Position numbers and translations under genes: made by a program
Notes under the pieces: generated by a model
What the model was told of the DNA's origin: nothing
Databases searched by the model: none
What the model saw: only the letters and a program-made list of their open reading frames with translations
Assembly: GCA_965249485.1 (NCBI GenBank)
Contig: OZ252239.1
Span: forward strand, 3,136,001 to 3,200,000
DNA from: a bacterium
GTDB lineage: Bacteria; SM23-31
Reading direction: 5' to 3'
Length of the DNA: 64,000 bases
Part shown: one piece after another, positions 10,920-24,647 of the stretch
Layout of the letters: each line of letters begins with the position of its first letter
Numbering within the stretch: the first letter of the stretch is position 1

Positions 10920-13046
10920 TTATCCAGTGGCTACTTCACCGGAAATCTTGTATAATAATTTTTCTTCTAATGATTTCGGAACTTGGGAATAATGATGAAA
11001 CTCTAACGAAAAAACCGCTCTTCCCTGAGTTACTGATCGCAATGATGTAGAATATCCAAATATTTCACTCAATGGAACTTTTGCATGAACATGTTTTGCA
11101 TTGTTTTTATCAACAATATCTTCAATTTTGCCTCGACGTGATGTGATATCGCCAATTACATCACCTAAATAGTTCTCAGGAACAGCTACATCAAGCTTCA
11201 TTATCGGCTCAAGTAATACACATTCCGCTTTTTTTGTACCCTCCCGAAATGCCATAGATCCAGCAACACGGAATGCTATTTCAGAAGAATCAACATCGTG
11301 ATACGAACCATCTAGCAATGTCACCTTTACATCAATCATTGGATAACCGGCAAGTATCCCATTCCTCATAGTTTCTTCAATTCCCCGTTTCACCGGCATT
11401 ATAAATTCTTTTGGAATCGCCCCGCCAAATATCTTATCAACAAATTCAAATCCACCTCCCGGAGGCAACGGTTCAAGTTTTATAACAACATGGCCATACT
11501 GTCCTCTACCTCCACTCTGTTTAATAAATTTCGCTTCTGATTCCGTCTCACCAATAATCGTCTCTTTATAAGCAACCTCCGGTTCGCCTATGTTCGCATC
11601 CACTTTAAATTCACGGAGAAGTCTATCGACAATTATTTCAAGATGAAGCTCCCCCATTCCCGCAATGATTGTCTGTCCCGTTTCCTTATTTATATTAACC
11701 TTGAACGAGGGGTCTTCCTCGGACAATTTTCCAAGAGACATACTGAGTTTTTCTTCATCGGCTTTCGTTTTTGGTTCAATTGCAATATTGATTACAGGAT
11801 TAGGGAAATGCATCTGCTCTAAAATAATAGGATGACCTTCATTACAGAGGGTATCGCCTGTTTTTGTATTTTTCAACCCAACTGCAGCAACAATATCTCC
11901 CATTTTCGCTTCTTCTATATCTTCCCGCTTATTTGCAAACATCCGGAGAATACGCCCGAGGCGTTCTCGCTTCCCTGAAATTGGATTAAATACATTCTGC
12001 CCTTTTTTGACAGTGCCTGAATACACTCTGAAATAGGTTAATCGGCCAACATAGGGATCAGACATAATTTTGAATGCCAAAGCAGTAAAATCACTATCCA
12101 GAGACATTGTGCGTGAAATTGTTTCATCCGTTTTCGGATTAATCCCAGTCAATTCGGTTTTATCGAGCGGAGATGGCAAATAAAGAAGAATTGCGTCCAA
12201 CAAACGCTGAACTCCTTTATTTTTGAATGCAGATCCACAAAACACAGGCACTATTTCTGATTTTAATGTTGCAACCCGAACAGCTCTTCGCAATGCGTCA
12301 ACCTTAATTTCTTTTCCCTCAAGGTATTCTTCCATGAGCTCATCATCATATTCGGAGAGGTTTTCGATCATATGCTTACGAGCCTCGAGTGCCTGATCCA
12401 TCATATCATCTGGAATAACCATCTCTTCATACAATTTACCGAGACTGTTTTCATTATATATAATTGCTTTCATGATGATCAAATCGATCAATCCAGTAAA
12501 AAGCTCAGCAGCTCCAATTGGAATTTGCAATGGAATCGGATGTGCATCGAGACGGGATTCAATTGATCCCATTGCCTTAAAAAAATCAGCACCAGTCCTG
12601 TCCATTTTATTGATGAATACAATTCTTGGTACTCCGTACTGATCTGCCTGTCGCCATACAGTTTCCGATTGCGGTTCAACACCAGCAACAGCATCGAGCA
12701 AAACAACAGCACCATCAAGAACACGGAGTGATCTTTCGACCTCGACGGTAAAATCAACATGACCCGGAGTATCAATAAGATTCAATAAGTGATCACGCCA
12801 TACTATCGTTGTTGCAGCAGACGTAATAGTAATTCCTCGTTCTTTTTCTTGGTCCATCCAGTCCATTGTTGCAAGACCGTCATGTACTTCACCCAAACGG
12901 TGAACCTTACCGGAGTAAAAGAGAAATCGCTCCGTTGTAGTCGTTTTACCTGCGTCAATATGCGCCATGATACCAATATTCCGCGTTCTTTCTATAGCGG
13001 TGAGCGAACCATTTACGCCGTTATTTTCTTTTTTATTCTCAGACAT
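10920..13046 (-). CDS. fusA: Elongation factor G
   Basis: [21 protein letters not shown] and [11 protein letters not shown] motifs. Confidence 0.99.
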   Translation of the reverse strand: MSENKKENNGVNGSLTAIERTRNIGIMAHIDAGKTTTTERFLFYSGKVHRLGEVHDGLATMDWMDQEKERGITITSAATTIVWRDHLLNLIDTPGHVDFTVEVERSLRVLDGAVVLLDAVAGVEPQSETVWRQADQYGVPRIVFINKMDRTGADFFKAMGSIESRLDAHPIPLQIPIGAAELFTGLIDLIIMKAIIYNENSLGKLYEEMVIPDDMMDQALEARKHMIENLSEYDDELMEEYLEGKEIKVDALRRAVRVATLKSEIVPVFCGSAFKNKGVQRLLDAILLYLPSPLDKTELTGINPKTDETISRTMSLDSDFTALAFKIMSDPYVGRLTYFRVYSGTVKKGQNVFNPISGKRERLGRILRMFANKREDIEEAKMGDIVAAVGLKNTKTGDTLCNEGHPIILEQMHFPNPVINIAIEPKTKADEEKLSMSLGKLSEEDPSFKVNINKETGQTIIAGMGELHLEIIVDRLLREFKVDANIGEPEVAYKETIIGETESEAKFIKQSGGRGQYGHVVIKLEPLPPGGGFEFVDKIFGGAIPKEFIMPVKRGIEETMRNGILAGYPMIDVKVTLLDGSYHDVDSSEIAFRVAGSMAFREGTKKAECVLLEPIMKLDVAVPENYLGDVIGDITSRRGKIEDIVDKNNAKHVHAKVPLSEIFGYSTSLRSVTQGRAVFSLEFHHYSQVPKSLEEKLLYKISGEVATG

Positions 13047-13082
13047 TCTATCTATACTTTTTCTAATAAGTTGTCGTATTAA

Positions 13083-13553
13083 TTACCATCTAAAATGTGC
13101 AAACGCCTTGTTTGCTTCTGCCATTTTGTGTGTATCATCTTTCTTCTTCATCGCTGCACCACTATGATTGACAGCATCCAAAAGTTCTGCCGCAAGCCGC
13201 TCATGCATCGATTTTCCTTTTCTTGCTTTTGCATATTGAACAATCCACCGAATTGCAAGTGCATTTCTACGATTCTCACGCACCTCAACCGGAACTTGAT
13301 AGGTTGCGCCACCGACTCTGCGTGATTTAACTTCCAATACAGGCTTCACTTCATTAATAGCCTTCTCAAACATTTCAAGACCAGGTTTGCCTGATTTTTC
13401 CTCGATAATCTCAAGCGCATCATAAAAAATTTGCTCAGCTATGCTTTTTTTACCATTTCGCATAAGACCATTGATAAATCTACTCACCAGTATGGAGTTA
13501 TGTAAAGTATCCGGCGCTATAATTCTGCGTTGTGCTTTTCTTCGTCTTGACAT
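13083..13553 (-). CDS. rpsG: 30S ribosomal protein S7
   Basis: [15 protein letters not shown] and [13 protein letters not shown] motifs. Confidence 0.98.
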   Translation of the reverse strand: MSRRRKAQRRIIAPDTLHNSILVSRFINGLMRNGKKSIAEQIFYDALEIIEEKSGKPGLEMFEKAINEVKPVLEVKSRRVGGATYQVPVEVRENRRNALAIRWIVQYAKARKGKSMHERLAAELLDAVNHSGAAMKKKDDTHKMAEANKAFAHFRW

Positions 13554-13597
13554 AAGGCTGATATGTTCCGATTAATTAAGGTAAAAGGTTATATATG

Positions 13598-13969
13598 TTA
13601 TTTGGGCCTCTTTGCGCCATACTTCGACCGACTCTGTCTCCTGTCCTGAACTCCAGAAGTATCAAGGGTGCCTCGCACTATATGATACCGCACACCTGGA
13701 AGATCTTTTACACGACCGCCACGAATAAGCACAATTGAGTGCTCTTGCAAATTGTGGCCTTCGCCAGGAATATAGGCAGTAACTTCAATACCGTTCGAAA
13801 GCCGTACGCGGGCAACTTTTCTTAAAGCCGAGTTCGGCTTTTTTGGTGTTGAAGTATAAACCCTGGTACAAACACCGCGCTTTTGTGGTGACCCCCCCAA
13901 TGCTGGCGCAGATGTCTTCTTTATTATCTTTTTCCGACTGTTTCGTACAAGCTGGTTTACTGTCGGCAC
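13598..13969 (-). CDS. rpsL: 30S ribosomal protein S12
   Basis: [11 protein letters not shown] and [13 protein letters not shown] motifs. Confidence 0.99.
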   Translation of the reverse strand: MPTVNQLVRNSRKKIIKKTSAPALGGSPQKRGVCTRVYTSTPKKPNSALRKVARVRLSNGIEVTAYIPGEGHNLQEHSIVLIRGGRVKDLPGVRYHIVRGTLDTSGVQDRRQSRSKYGAKRPK

Positions 13970-14000
13970 ACAAACCTCTCTTTTCTAAAAAGTATATTAA

Positions 14001-17000
14001 TTATTTACCGCTATCAAGGACCTCAACGCTTTCTTTGGCCTCTTCCATCTCAACAGCTAGTTCAGCTTCTTCAGCTTCTTCTTCTTTTACAATATCAGAT
14101 TCGACCGATATATTTTTCCATTCTTTTATACCGGTACCAGCAGGTATAAGATGTCCAATTATAACATTTTCTTTAAGGCCTCTTAGATTATCAACTTTAC
14201 CTTGAATCGCAGCTTCAGTCAACACACGTGTTGTTTCCTGAAATGATGCAGAAGAAATAAAACTCTCCGTACTTAAAGATGCCTGCGTAATACCCAACAG
14301 CTGCGCTACAAAAGTTGCCGGACTGGCTTTTCTGAATTTTATTTTTGCTTTTTCCTGTTTCTCTAATCGCTCATTCAATCTGTCAAGCTCAAAAAGTTCA
14401 ACCATTTCATCTATTGCAAGTTTCGAATCGCCAGTTTCTTCAACTACACCAAAGTCCGATATTTTCTCATTTGAAGCAATAAACTTCGATTTGTCAAGGA
14501 GGTCACCTTCGAGATAGTTGGTGTCACCCGGATCTTCTATCTTAACCCTCTGAAGCATTTGTCGCACTATTACCTCAATGTGCTTATCATTTATCCGCAC
14601 ACCCTGCAATCGGTACACTTCTTGAATTTCATTGACAAGATACTCCTGAACTGCACTGGCACTTTTTATTTGGAGAATATCGTGCGGTGTAATAGAACCT
14701 TCCGATAACCGTTCACCCGCTTCAACGGTATCGTTATCATGAACAAGCACATGCTTACCATAAGGAATCAAATATGTTTTTTTCGCAGATTCACCTTCGA
14801 CAATTATCTCCCTAACACCACGTTTGATAGAACCGAATTTAACAACACCGTCTATTTCGGATACTACCGCCGGATCTTTCGGTTTTCTCGCTTCAAACAA
14901 TTCAGCAACACGTGGCAGACCACCAGTAATATCTTTCGATTTCAACAGGCTTCTAGGAATTTTTACGAGAACATCACCGGATTTAACGTGATCGCCATCA
15001 CTCACTATTAAACGGGCACTCGTGGGGACTATATAATTAGCCAGTTTATCGCCATTTTCATCTTTTATTGTAATAGCAGGACTGAGCTTCTTGTTGCGGG
15101 ATTCAATGATTACCCGCTGGCGCATTCCGGTATGTTCATCAAGCTCTTCTTTAACTGTAATGTCATTTTTAATATCATTAAATGATGTAACACCATCAAA
15201 CTCTGAAATAATAACCAGTGAATACGGGTCCCATCTAAATACCAGCTGATTTTTCTCAATAGTATCGCCCGGGAACACCAAGAGTGTTGCGCCATACGGA
15301 ACATTGTATTTTGCCACAACACGGTTGTTTTCGTCAATAATATCTATTCTGCCGTTTCTACCCAAAGCAATGGCGATTTTTTGATTAAGAGTCATTTCCT
15401 GTTTGGTAAAGCGTAAATTGTCGGAGAAGACTATTGTACCTGCATATTTTGCCTTGACTTCTGACTGCGAGGCACCGACCTGAGCAGTACCACCAATATG
15501 GAACGTTCTCAATGTCAACTGCGTACCTGGCTCACCAATACTCTGAGCACCCATCACCCCAACTGCTTCACCTATATTGACAAGACGACAGGTTGCCATA
15601 TTTCTACCATAGCACAGCCTGCAGACACCATAACTCGATTCACAGGTTAAAACGGATCTGATTTTAACGGTTTCAATTATCGTATCAGCAATTTTCTTTG
15701 CAACTTCCTCATCAATCATCTCATTTGCGTCAACAAGAAGCTCATCAGTACGGGGATCGTAAATATCATCAACGGTCACTCGTCCAAGGATACGCTCCGG
15801 AAGCGGCTCAATAATCTCTTCGCCTTCCTTCAATGCTGAGATTTCAATACCAAGAATTGTACCGCAATCGTCTTCAGAAATAATAACATCCTGAGCAACA
15901 TCAACCAGTCGGCGTGTAAGATATCCCGCATCAGCAGTTTTTAATGCCGTATCTGCCAAACCTTTTCGGGCACCGTGCGTCGAAATAAAGTACTCGAGCA
16001 CAGAAAGCCCTTCTCTAAAGTTAGCAGTTATCGGGGATTCAATAATTTCACCGGTTTGACCCGTCATACTCTTTTGGGGCTTCGCCATCAATCCACGCAT
16101 ACCTGCAAGTTGCCTGATCTGTTCACGGCTCCCCCGCGCACCGGAATCGGCCATCATATATACAGGATTGAATCCGTTCTGGGATGTACTTAATCCATCA
16201 AACATAGCACGAGACACATCGGTTGTTGTATGGGTCCAGATATCAATAATTTTATTATACCTTTCACCATCCGTAATAATTCCACGCTCATACTGTTTAT
16301 GAATCTTTGCAACCTCTTCGGCAGCATCATTAATCATTACTTCTTTTATTTCAGGAATAATAACATCATCAATACCGATTGATATACCGGCTTTCATTGC
16401 GTGATAAAAACCAAGCTCTTTCAACCTGTCCAAAAATTCAGCGGTCACCATGTTGCCGAGTAATCGAAATGACTGATAGACAATCTCTTCCACACCTCTT
16501 TTCGTCAACATTTCATTTACGAAGGGCAGGCCCTCGGGAACAACTTGATTAAACAACACACGACCAGTGGTTGTTTTAATAAGACTGCCGTCAATTCTGA
16601 CATTGATTGATGCATGAAGACCGAGCTTATCACTATTGAAAGCAATAATAACTTCTTTTTGATTTGCAAAATTCATTCCTTCGCCCTTGTCACCGTTGCG
16701 GATTTTTGTCAGATAATAGCAACCAAGGACAATATCTTGACTCGGCACAGCTATAGGACGCCCATTTGCGGGAGATAGAATATTATGACTTGACAACATG
16801 AGCATTCTTGTCTCAATTTGTGCTTCGTAGGACAGAGGCACATGGACCGCCATCTGGTCACCATCAAAATCAGCATTGAATGCTGCACAAACAAGAGGAT
16901 GAACACGAATTGCCTTACCTTCAATCAATACCGGCTGAAATGCCTGGATACCCAGCCTGTGTAGAGTCGGTGCGCGGTTAAGCATCACCGGATGGTCTTT

Positions 17001-18308
17001 GATAATTAATTCAAGAATATCCCAGATTTCCTTACCCTTTTTATCAACCATCTTTTTTGCACTCTTTACCGTTTTCACAAGACCGCGCTCTACGAGCTTC
17101 CTTATAATAAACGGCTTAAACAATTCAACAGCCATATCTTTCGGCAAACCGCATTGGTGCAGCCTCAATTCAGGCCCGACGACAATCACAGAACGACCAG
17201 AATAATCAACTCGCTTTCCGAGCAAATTTTGACGGAATCGCCCCTGTTTCCCCTTCAGCATATCACTCAGTGATTTTAATGGTCTGTTGCCATCACTGCG
17301 AACCGCCGTTGCTTTTCTTCCATTATCAAATAGGGAGTCAACCGCTTCCTGCAGCATCCTCTTTTCATTTCTGAGAATAACTTCAGGTGCGCGAATTTCC
17401 ATAAGATTTTTCAGCCTATTATTTCTTATAATAACCCGGCGGTAAAGATCATTCAAATCACTCGTCGCAAACCTCCCACCTTCCAGTGGCACCAGTGGTC
17501 GAAGTTCTGGCGGAATTACCGGTATAACATCCAAAACCATCCATTCAGGCTTATTACAATTTTCATCACCCTCAATCTTAAACGGCTCAATCACTTTGAG
17601 TCGCTTAAGGATATCAGTTTTTCTCTGGACGGATGTTTCAATCTTAAGTTGAGCACGGAGTTCTTTCGATAAAACTTTTAAATCAATACGTTTCAACATC
17701 TCTTTGATGGCTTCACCACCAATTTTTGCAACAAACTTATCCTCATCCTCTTTTGCAGCTTTTGCTTTTTCTTCAGGAAATTCAGTAATAATCCTGAAAT
17801 ATTCTTCTTCAGAGATGAGGCTCCGGGGTTTCAATCCTGTGTTACCAGGGGCAATTACTACATACGACTCATAATAAATAATTCGTTCGAGATCTTTAAC
17901 GGACATTCCGAGAATATATCCCGTTTTACTGGGTAGAGAACGAAAATACCAGATATGAACAACAGAAGTAGCAAGCTGAATATGGCCCATCCGTTCTCTG
18001 CGAACACTTTTCATTGTAATTTCAACACCACAACGATCACAGATAATCCCTTTATAACGGATACGCTTATATTTACCACAATGACATTCCCAATCACGAA
18101 CCGGACCAAAGATTTTCTCACAAAATAAACCGTCTTTTTCCGGTTTAAATGATCGATAATTAATGGTTTCCGGTTTTGTCACTTCCCCAAATGACTGTGC
18201 AAGAATAGTATCCGGCGATGACAAGTTTATCGAAATCTTCGTAAAAGATTTTGAAACTCCGCCGAATAATCCTGCTTTTGATTGTATTGCCACGTTTTCA
18301 CTCCCCAC
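14001..18308 (-). CDS. rpoC: RNA polymerase beta' subunit
   Basis: [12 protein letters not shown] catalytic motif, Zn-binding CHCGKY/CDRC and FQETTRVL. Confidence 0.99.
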   Translation of the reverse strand: MGSENVAIQSKAGLFGGVSKSFTKISINLSSPDTILAQSFGEVTKPETINYRSFKPEKDGLFCEKIFGPVRDWECHCGKYKRIRYKGIICDRCGVEITMKSVRRERMGHIQLATSVVHIWYFRSLPSKTGYILGMSVKDLERIIYYESYVVIAPGNTGLKPRSLISEEEYFRIITEFPEEKAKAAKEDEDKFVAKIGGEAIKEMLKRIDLKVLSKELRAQLKIETSVQRKTDILKRLKVIEPFKIEGDENCNKPEWMVLDVIPVIPPELRPLVPLEGGRFATSDLNDLYRRVIIRNNRLKNLMEIRAPEVILRNEKRMLQEAVDSLFDNGRKATAVRSDGNRPLKSLSDMLKGKQGRFRQNLLGKRVDYSGRSVIVVGPELRLHQCGLPKDMAVELFKPFIIRKLVERGLVKTVKSAKKMVDKKGKEIWDILELIIKDHPVMLNRAPTLHRLGIQAFQPVLIEGKAIRVHPLVCAAFNADFDGDQMAVHVPLSYEAQIETRMLMLSSHNILSPANGRPIAVPSQDIVLGCYYLTKIRNGDKGEGMNFANQKEVIIAFNSDKLGLHASINVRIDGSLIKTTTGRVLFNQVVPEGLPFVNEMLTKRGVEEIVYQSFRLLGNMVTAEFLDRLKELGFYHAMKAGISIGIDDVIIPEIKEVMINDAAEEVAKIHKQYERGIITDGERYNKIIDIWTHTTTDVSRAMFDGLSTSQNGFNPVYMMADSGARGSREQIRQLAGMRGLMAKPQKSMTGQTGEIIESPITANFREGLSVLEYFISTHGARKGLADTALKTADAGYLTRRLVDVAQDVIISEDDCGTILGIEISALKEGEEIIEPLPERILGRVTVDDIYDPRTDELLVDANEMIDEEVAKKIADTIIETVKIRSVLTCESSYGVCRLCYGRNMATCRLVNIGEAVGVMGAQSIGEPGTQLTLRTFHIGGTAQVGASQSEVKAKYAGTIVFSDNLRFTKQEMTLNQKIAIALGRNGRIDIIDENNRVVAKYNVPYGATLLVFPGDTIEKNQLVFRWDPYSLVIISEFDGVTSFNDIKNDITVKEELDEHTGMRQRVIIESRNKKLSPAITIKDENGDKLANYIVPTSARLIVSDGDHVKSGDVLVKIPRSLLKSKDITGGLPRVAELFEARKPKDPAVVSEIDGVVKFGSIKRGVREIIVEGESAKKTYLIPYGKHVLVHDNDTVEAGERLSEGSITPHDILQIKSASAVQEYLVNEIQEVYRLQGVRINDKHIEVIVRQMLQRVKIEDPGDTNYLEGDLLDKSKFIASNEKISDFGVVEETGDSKLAIDEMVELFELDRLNERLEKQEKAKIKFRKASPATFVAQLLGITQASLSTESFISSASFQETTRVLTEAAIQGKVDNLRGLKENVIIGHLIPAGTGIKEWKNISVESDIVKEEEAEEAELAVEMEEAKESVEVLDSGK

Positions 18309-18313
18309 CTGTT

Positions 18314-21300
18314 TTACACAATCTTGACATCAAGGCATAAACCTTGGAGCTCCCGCATAAGAACATTAAACGATTCGGGAATTCCAGCTTCAGGAAGATT
18401 TTCTCCCTTGACAATTGCCTCATATATTTTCGATCTGCCTTTAACATCATCAGATTTAATAGTAAGAATTTCTTTGAGAGTATGTGCAGCTCCATACGCT
18501 TCAAGCGCCCACACTTCCATCTCGCCAAACCGCTGCCCGCCAAATTGCGCCTTACCTCCGAGAGGTTGCTGAGTGATTAGCGAGTACGGTCCTATGGACC
18601 GCGCATGAATCTTATCTTCCACCAAATGGGACAACTTCATAATATAAATATATCCGACCATTACTTTTTGATCGTATTTTTCACCCGTCATCCCATCAAA
18701 TAAATCCGTTTTGCAATAATCAGGCAAATTCGCTTTTTTAAGATATGCATCCACATCCCCCGCACTTGCTCCGTCAAATACTGGAGTCGCGAAACGGCAT
18801 CCAAGTACCTTCCCCGCCATTCCAAGCATGGCTTCATAAATCTGTCCAAGATTCATACGAGAAGGCACGCCCAGCGGATTGAGAATTATATCGACAGGCG
18901 TTCCATCTTCAAGAAACGGCATATCTTCAAATGGGACGATCTTAGCAACAACACCCTTATTGCCGTGCCGGCCCGCCATCTTATCGCCAACCTGCAGTTT
19001 CCGCTTTTTCGCAACATACACTTTTGCAAGTTGAACGATACCGGGAGGAAGCTCATCACCAACTACAATTTTATATTTTAGCTTTTTGAATTCTTCCTCG
19101 AAATCGTATGCTTTTTCAGCATATTTTCTTAGAAGCATTCCGATGGCTTCATTGACCTTTTTATCGGTAGTCCATTCACTCAGCGGATTAATATCGTCAA
19201 ATTCAAGTTTATTCAGCTTTGCTTCTGTCAATTTAGTTCCCGATTTAAACGCAGCTTTCCCTGTACTGATTTTATTCATGGATTTAACAGTCATACCGGA
19301 TAATATAGTAGTCAACTTTTCATCCCTTAACTCAGTAGCGGCTAGAATATCTTTTTTCATTTTCCGTTCTAAAGAGTCGATTTTTTTCTTATCTTCTTTT
19401 TTTGCATCGGCATCTTTGTTCTTACGGGAAAACAATTTCGTATAGACAACAATCCCGTGCATTCCGGGAGGGGCCTTGAGAGATGCATCTTTCACATCTC
19501 CGGCTTTGTCTCCGAATATCGCCTTCAACAATTTCTCTTCCGGCGTTGGATCAGTTTCACCCTTTGGCGTAATTTTTCCGACAATAATATCGCCGGCATT
19601 CACTTCTGCACCAACATAAATGATGCCATCTTCATCAAGATTTCGTGTCGCTTCTTCACTAACATTAGGTATTTCTCTCGTCAGCTCTTCTTCACCGCGT
19701 TTAGTATCGCGCACTTGAAGCTCAAATTCCTCAATATGAATTGAAGTATAAACATCTTCACTAACAACCCGCTCACTAAGGATAATGGCATCCTCAAAAT
19801 TATAACCACGCCACGGCATAAAGGAAACTAAAACATTTCTCCCAAGTGCCAATTCACCATTTTCAGTTGCACAACCGTCAGCAAGAGTCGAACCGGGCTC
19901 AACTTTATCACCAACATGCACAATCGGTTTTTGATTAACACAAGTATCTTGATTTGTTCTGAAAAATTTTGTCAATGGATACGATACACATTCCTCATCA
20001 TCAAAACCGAGAGATACTCCTCCAAACCTTTCATTTTTTTTGCCACTTTTCTTGATCACCACTTCTTTAGCATTCACTTTCGCTACCACACCAGCGCTTT
20101 CAGATGTTACCAGCGAGCGCGAATCGAGAGCAACCTTCCCCTCCATCCCGGTTCCCACAATTGGGGCTTCTGGTTTCAGTAGCGGGACAGATTGCCGCTG
20201 CATGTTAGATCCCATGAGCGCTCTGTTAGCATCATCATGCTCAAGAAACGGAATCAATGCCGCAGCAGCACTCACAATCTGATTTGGCGACACATCCATA
20301 TAATCAACCTGATCAGGAGAAAGAACAGGAAAGTCACCTTTTAACCTGCACTTAACGATATCCCTGACAAACTTGTCCTTGTTGTCAAGCGGTGCGTTCG
20401 CTTGTGCTATTGTATGGAGATCTTCATCGTCAGCAGTCAAATACTTCACCTCACTTGACACTTTGCCACTTCCAACTTTTCGGTATGGTGTTTCGAGAAA
20501 ACCAAAATCGTTGACACGCGCATGAATACAGATCGAAGAAATGAGACCAATATTTGGACCTTCCGGTGTTTCAATTGGACAAAGCCTTCCATAGTGTGTA
20601 TAATGCACGTCTCGAACCTCAAATCCAGCACGTTCACGTGTTAATCCTCCCGGACCAAGTGCGCTTAACCTGCGCTTATGTGTCAATTCTGCAAGCGGAT
20701 TTGTCTGATCCATAAACTGGGACAATTGGCTCGTCCCAAAGAAAGTATTTATTAAAGATGAAATCGTTCTCGCATTAACAAGATCCTGTGGAGTTAACGT
20801 CTCCTTATCACGGAGATTCATTCGCTCTTTTATGGTTCTGGCCATACGGGCCAATCCAACACTGAACTGAGCAGCCAACTGCTCACCGACTGTCTTGATA
20901 CGGCGGTTACCCAGATGATCAATATCATCTGTGGACTTCTTTCCACTTTTCAGATCAAGGAGATACTTTATGATCGTGATAATATCTTTTTTATCGAGAA
21001 CCGTGACTTCTTCGGAAATTTTCAATCCAAGCTTCTTATTTATTCTATGGCGGCCCACAATACCAAGATCATACTTCTTCGGATTAAAAAACAATCTGTC
21101 GATAAGATTCTTGGCAGTTTCGAGATCGGGAGCTTCACCGGAGCGCATTTGCCGGTAAATAGTTTCAAGGGCTTCAGCTTCTGAACTTGATACATCTTTT
21201 CTGAGAGTATTTGAAATCACTTCCGCATACATACTACTTGCATGCTTTAAAAAAGTAACAGACGGCACTTTAGCCTTTCTGAGTACTGCAGCAATTTCTT

Positions 21301-22117
21301 TAGCAAATTCAGAATATTGCTCTGCATATATTTCGCCAGATTTTTCATCGACAATATCCTGAGCAATTTTTTTACCGTAATACTTATCCAAACGTCCTTT
21401 GGATATTTCAACTTTGTCTATCAATCCAAAAAGTTCGAACAACTCCGCATCGCTCGAAAAACCCAATGCTCTCAAAAGAGTCGTGACTGGGAATTTTTTG
21501 CGCCGGTCAATATAAACATACATAACATCATTAATGTCGGTAACAAACTCAACCCATGAACCTCGAAATGGTATTATTCTTCCGGAATAAATCTTTGTTC
21601 CATTCGGATGAAGAGATTCATCAAAAAACACACCAGGTGAACGATGCAATTGACTTACAATAACCCGCTCAGCTCCATTAATGATAAATGTGCCTTTTCC
21701 CGTCATGAACGGCAGATTCCCCAAGTAGACATCCTGCTCTATTGTCTGCTTAAATGTACCCGATTCGTCATCCGTGTCTTTCGCTGACAACCGAAGCTTC
21801 GCCTTGAGCGGAACAGAAAATGAAACGCCACGCTCCTGACACTCAACAACAGAATATTTTGGTTGATCTGCATAGTATTCTATAAACTCAAGGAGATAAT
21901 TTTCGCGTGAATCAATAATTGGAAAGATATTACGAAATACCGCTTCCAGACCGGAGTTACTCCTCAGTGCTGGCAATACATCATGCTGCAAAAAATCACG
22001 AAACGAATCTAATTGAATGCCCAAAAGGTCCGGCATGTCAATAATCGACGAAATTTTTGAAAAATTAATGCGTTCGCCATTTCCATTTTTGTTCACAGAT
22101 ACTCCCTGTTTATTCAA
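18314..22117 (-). CDS. rpoB: RNA polymerase beta subunit
   Basis: [22 protein letters not shown] and [17 protein letters not shown] motifs. Confidence 0.99.
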   Translation of the reverse strand: MNKQGVSVNKNGNGERINFSKISSIIDMPDLLGIQLDSFRDFLQHDVLPALRSNSGLEAVFRNIFPIIDSRENYLLEFIEYYADQPKYSVVECQERGVSFSVPLKAKLRLSAKDTDDESGTFKQTIEQDVYLGNLPFMTGKGTFIINGAERVIVSQLHRSPGVFFDESLHPNGTKIYSGRIIPFRGSWVEFVTDINDVMYVYIDRRKKFPVTTLLRALGFSSDAELFELFGLIDKVEISKGRLDKYYGKKIAQDIVDEKSGEIYAEQYSEFAKEIAAVLRKAKVPSVTFLKHASSMYAEVISNTLRKDVSSSEAEALETIYRQMRSGEAPDLETAKNLIDRLFFNPKKYDLGIVGRHRINKKLGLKISEEVTVLDKKDIITIIKYLLDLKSGKKSTDDIDHLGNRRIKTVGEQLAAQFSVGLARMARTIKERMNLRDKETLTPQDLVNARTISSLINTFFGTSQLSQFMDQTNPLAELTHKRRLSALGPGGLTRERAGFEVRDVHYTHYGRLCPIETPEGPNIGLISSICIHARVNDFGFLETPYRKVGSGKVSSEVKYLTADDEDLHTIAQANAPLDNKDKFVRDIVKCRLKGDFPVLSPDQVDYMDVSPNQIVSAAAALIPFLEHDDANRALMGSNMQRQSVPLLKPEAPIVGTGMEGKVALDSRSLVTSESAGVVAKVNAKEVVIKKSGKKNERFGGVSLGFDDEECVSYPLTKFFRTNQDTCVNQKPIVHVGDKVEPGSTLADGCATENGELALGRNVLVSFMPWRGYNFEDAIILSERVVSEDVYTSIHIEEFELQVRDTKRGEEELTREIPNVSEEATRNLDEDGIIYVGAEVNAGDIIVGKITPKGETDPTPEEKLLKAIFGDKAGDVKDASLKAPPGMHGIVVYTKLFSRKNKDADAKKEDKKKIDSLERKMKKDILAATELRDEKLTTILSGMTVKSMNKISTGKAAFKSGTKLTEAKLNKLEFDDINPLSEWTTDKKVNEAIGMLLRKYAEKAYDFEEEFKKLKYKIVVGDELPPGIVQLAKVYVAKKRKLQVGDKMAGRHGNKGVVAKIVPFEDMPFLEDGTPVDIILNPLGVPSRMNLGQIYEAMLGMAGKVLGCRFATPVFDGASAGDVDAYLKKANLPDYCKTDLFDGMTGEKYDQKVMVGYIYIMKLSHLVEDKIHARSIGPYSLITQQPLGGKAQFGGQRFGEMEVWALEAYGAAHTLKEILTIKSDDVKGRSKIYEAIVKGENLPEAGIPESFNVLMRELQGLCLDVKIV

Positions 22118-22139
22118 AGTACCCCCTAAACGATTATCT

Positions 22140-22176
22140 AAAATCGAGAGAACCCAACCGCAGGCAATTCTCTTTT
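22140..22176 (-). terminator. Possible weak terminator/attenuator between rplL and rpoB
   Basis: Minus-strand AGAGAATT...GGTTCTCT stem followed by CGATTTT; poor U-tract. Confidence 0.3.
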
Positions 22177-22214
22177 GATTACTCAGATGTTTTTCAACTG
22201 ACAGCCTAAACAGG

Positions 22215-22604
22215 CTATTTCAACTCAACCGTTCCGCCAACTTCTTCAATCTGAGCTTTCACCTTTTCGGCTTCATCCTTCGCAATCGCTTCTTTCACCG
22301 TTCCCGGAGCTCCATCAACAAGGTCTTTTGCTTCTTTAAGACCCAATCCTGTAACCGCGCGGACAACCTTAATGACCTGAATTTTTTTCTCGCCAAATCC
22401 AGTCAGTATTACATCAAATTCTGTCTGTTCTTCAGTAGCTGCCACATCCGCCCCTCCAGGAGCACCTGCAACAGGAGCAACCGCGGCCATCATTGGAGCA
22501 GCCGCCGAAACACCGAATTCTTCTTCAAGGTCCTTTACCAGATCCGCAAGCTCTACAACGGTAAGTTTCTTGATTGACTTTTTAATATCGGCAATCGCAC
22601 TCAC
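22215..22604 (-). CDS. rplL: 50S ribosomal protein L7/L12
   Basis: [18 protein letters not shown] and [23 protein letters not shown] motifs. Confidence 0.98.
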   Translation of the reverse strand: MSAIADIKKSIKKLTVVELADLVKDLEEEFGVSAAAPMMAAVAPVAGAPGGADVAATEEQTEFDVILTGFGEKKIQVIKVVRAVTGLGLKEAKDLVDGAPGTVKEAIAKDEAEKVKAQIEEVGGTVELK

Positions 22605-22709
22605 TGGTTTTCTCCTCTCTTACTTAATTTTGTATTATTTGTCGTACAAAAAACGACATTTAATAAATTTTTGATTTCTTTAATTTTAGTGAGTTAAAAC
22701 ATGTAAACT

Positions 22710-23489
22710 TTAATCAGATTTCTCCCGAGACTCACTTTCATCATCAGCCGGCGCTGCATCACCACCATCCGCCTCTTGCTCTTCACCACTTTTTACTTCT
22801 TCAACAGTTTCCGGCTCAGCAGAATTCGCAGCTTCATCAACAGTGCTGTTCTCTTCACTTTCGCTACCATTCGCAGTAACCACGTCTGCAACACCACTTT
22901 GCTCTTTAGCGGATTCCTTCGATCCAGATTCGGGCGTATTCACCTCAATCTGAGACACCTGGCTTCCACTCTCTTTCTCAATTTTATTCTTGACCGCAGC
23001 GAGTACTCCTACAAGATTCCGTATCAAGCCGGACAACACACCGACTAATCCGGTAATCGGAGAATTGAGAGTGCCAAGCATCTTTGTCAAAAGCTCATCA
23101 CGTGAGGGTAACACTACAATCTTGGCAACATCATCCTTATCAATAATCACACCCTCAACAACACCAGCTTTTATGGAAAGAAGGTCTGTTTCCTTGTGGA
23201 ACTTATCGATAATTTTCGCGGGGACTACCGAATCCTCAAAACTATATGCAAGAGCAGTTGGACCGTTAAGATGCTGCAACAATTCACCAAATGAACCACC
23301 CTCTAACGACCTCTGCGCAAGAGTGTTTTTAACAACGCGGTATTCAACATTATTTTCCCTGAATTTCTTCCTGAGATCATTTACAATCTCAACATTAATA
23401 CCGGTAAAATCGGCAAGATAAACACCCTTAGCCTCAGCAAAAACTTTGTGAAGCTCTTCAACAACTTTTTCTTTATCTTTTTTCAGCAT
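22710..23489 (-). CDS. rplJ: 50S ribosomal protein L10 with long acidic C-terminal tail
   Basis: VVKNTLA, L.GPTALA and LPSRDELL motifs; about 85 extra Glu/Ser/Ala-rich residues follow the core. Confidence 0.96.
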   Translation of the reverse strand: MLKKDKEKVVEELHKVFAEAKGVYLADFTGINVEIVNDLRKKFRENNVEYRVVKNTLAQRSLEGGSFGELLQHLNGPTALAYSFEDSVVPAKIIDKFHKETDLLSIKAGVVEGVIIDKDDVAKIVVLPSRDELLTKMLGTLNSPITGLVGVLSGLIRNLVGVLAAVKNKIEKESGSQVSQIEVNTPESGSKESAKEQSGVADVVTANGSESEENSTVDEAANSAEPETVEEVKSGEEQEADGGDAAPADDESESREKSD

Positions 23490-23505
23490 TGATAGTACCA
23501 GAAAT

Positions 23506-24204
23506 TTATAAATCTTGAATTATTGATTGATGATCAAGCTTAACCGCAGGACCCATCGTTGAAGATATAGTAACCTTCTTAACATAATGACCCTTGACTG
23601 CCACCGGCTTAAGTTTCTGGACAGCATGCAAAAAGGATATTATGTTTTCTTTTATTTTATCATTTCCGAATGAGATTTTACCAAGCCCAGCATGAAGGAT
23701 ACCGGCTTTATCAACCCGAAAATCTATCTTACCTTTCTTGATTTCTTGCACTGCCTGCCCCACTTCTATAGTAACTGTACCACTCTTCGGAGTCGGCATC
23801 AAACCACGGGGACCAAGAATCTTTCCTAGCTTCCCAACCACAGACATAACATCCGGTGTAGCCACAACCACATCTACATCCGCCCATCCGTCTTCGATTT
23901 TTTTTACATAATCATCAAGTCCCACATGATCCGCCCCAGCATCCTGTGCTTCTTTTTCTTTACTCCCCTGAGTCAGAACAAGAACACGCTTTGTCTTACC
24001 TGTACCAAACGGCAGACTCACTATACCACGGATATTTTGATCAGCATGCCGTGGATCAACGCCAAGATTCATGCAAATTTCTATCGACTCATCGAACTTT
24101 GCCGTTGCCGAATCTTTCAACTTACCAACACCATCTTCTAATGAATACACAGCATTAGGGTCAATCTTGCCATGAGCTTCTTTAAAACGTTTTGATTTTT
24201 TCAT
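23506..24204 (-). CDS. rplA: 50S ribosomal protein L1
   Basis: AKFDES, LGKILGPRGLMPTPKSGTV and SSTMGP motifs. Confidence 0.98.
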   Translation of the reverse strand: MKKSKRFKEAHGKIDPNAVYSLEDGVGKLKDSATAKFDESIEICMNLGVDPRHADQNIRGIVSLPFGTGKTKRVLVLTQGSKEKEAQDAGADHVGLDDYVKKIEDGWADVDVVVATPDVMSVVGKLGKILGPRGLMPTPKSGTVTIEVGQAVQEIKKGKIDFRVDKAGILHAGLGKISFGNDKIKENIISFLHAVQKLKPVAVKGHYVKKVTISSTMGPAVKLDHQSIIQDL

Positions 24205-24222
24205 CGCTATCTTAGATTCAAG

Positions 24223-24645
24223 TTATTGAACATCGACACCCATACTGCGGGCAGTACCCTCAATAATTTTCATGGCGCCTTCTATATCATTTGCATTTAA
24301 ATCGACGAGTTTTGCTTTTGCAATTTCTTCCAATTGCACCCGTGAAATCTCCCCAACCTTATCCCTGTTCGGATCACTTGATCCCTTTTCGAGTTTCAAT
24401 GCTTTCTTTATCAACTCGGACGCAGGCGGAGTTTTTGTTATAAATGTAAAACTACGATCAGCATATACTGTGATTACGACAGGAATTATATATCCGGCCT
24501 TGTCCTGAGTTTTTGAATTGAACGCTTTACAAAATTCCATTATATTGACACCCCTCTGGCCAAGTGCCGGACCAACTGGAGGTGATGGATTTGCCTGTCC
24601 TGCAGAAATTTGAAGCTTGATTATACCATCAATTTTTTTCGACAT
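24223..24645 (-). CDS. rplK: 50S ribosomal protein L11
   Basis: [16 protein letters not shown] and GTARSMG motifs. Confidence 0.98.
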   Translation of the reverse strand: MSKKIDGIIKLQISAGQANPSPPVGPALGQRGVNIMEFCKAFNSKTQDKAGYIIPVVITVYADRSFTFITKTPPASELIKKALKLEKGSSDPNRDKVGEISRVQLEEIAKAKLVDLNANDIEGAMKIIEGTARSMGVDVQ

Positions 24646-24647
24646 AC

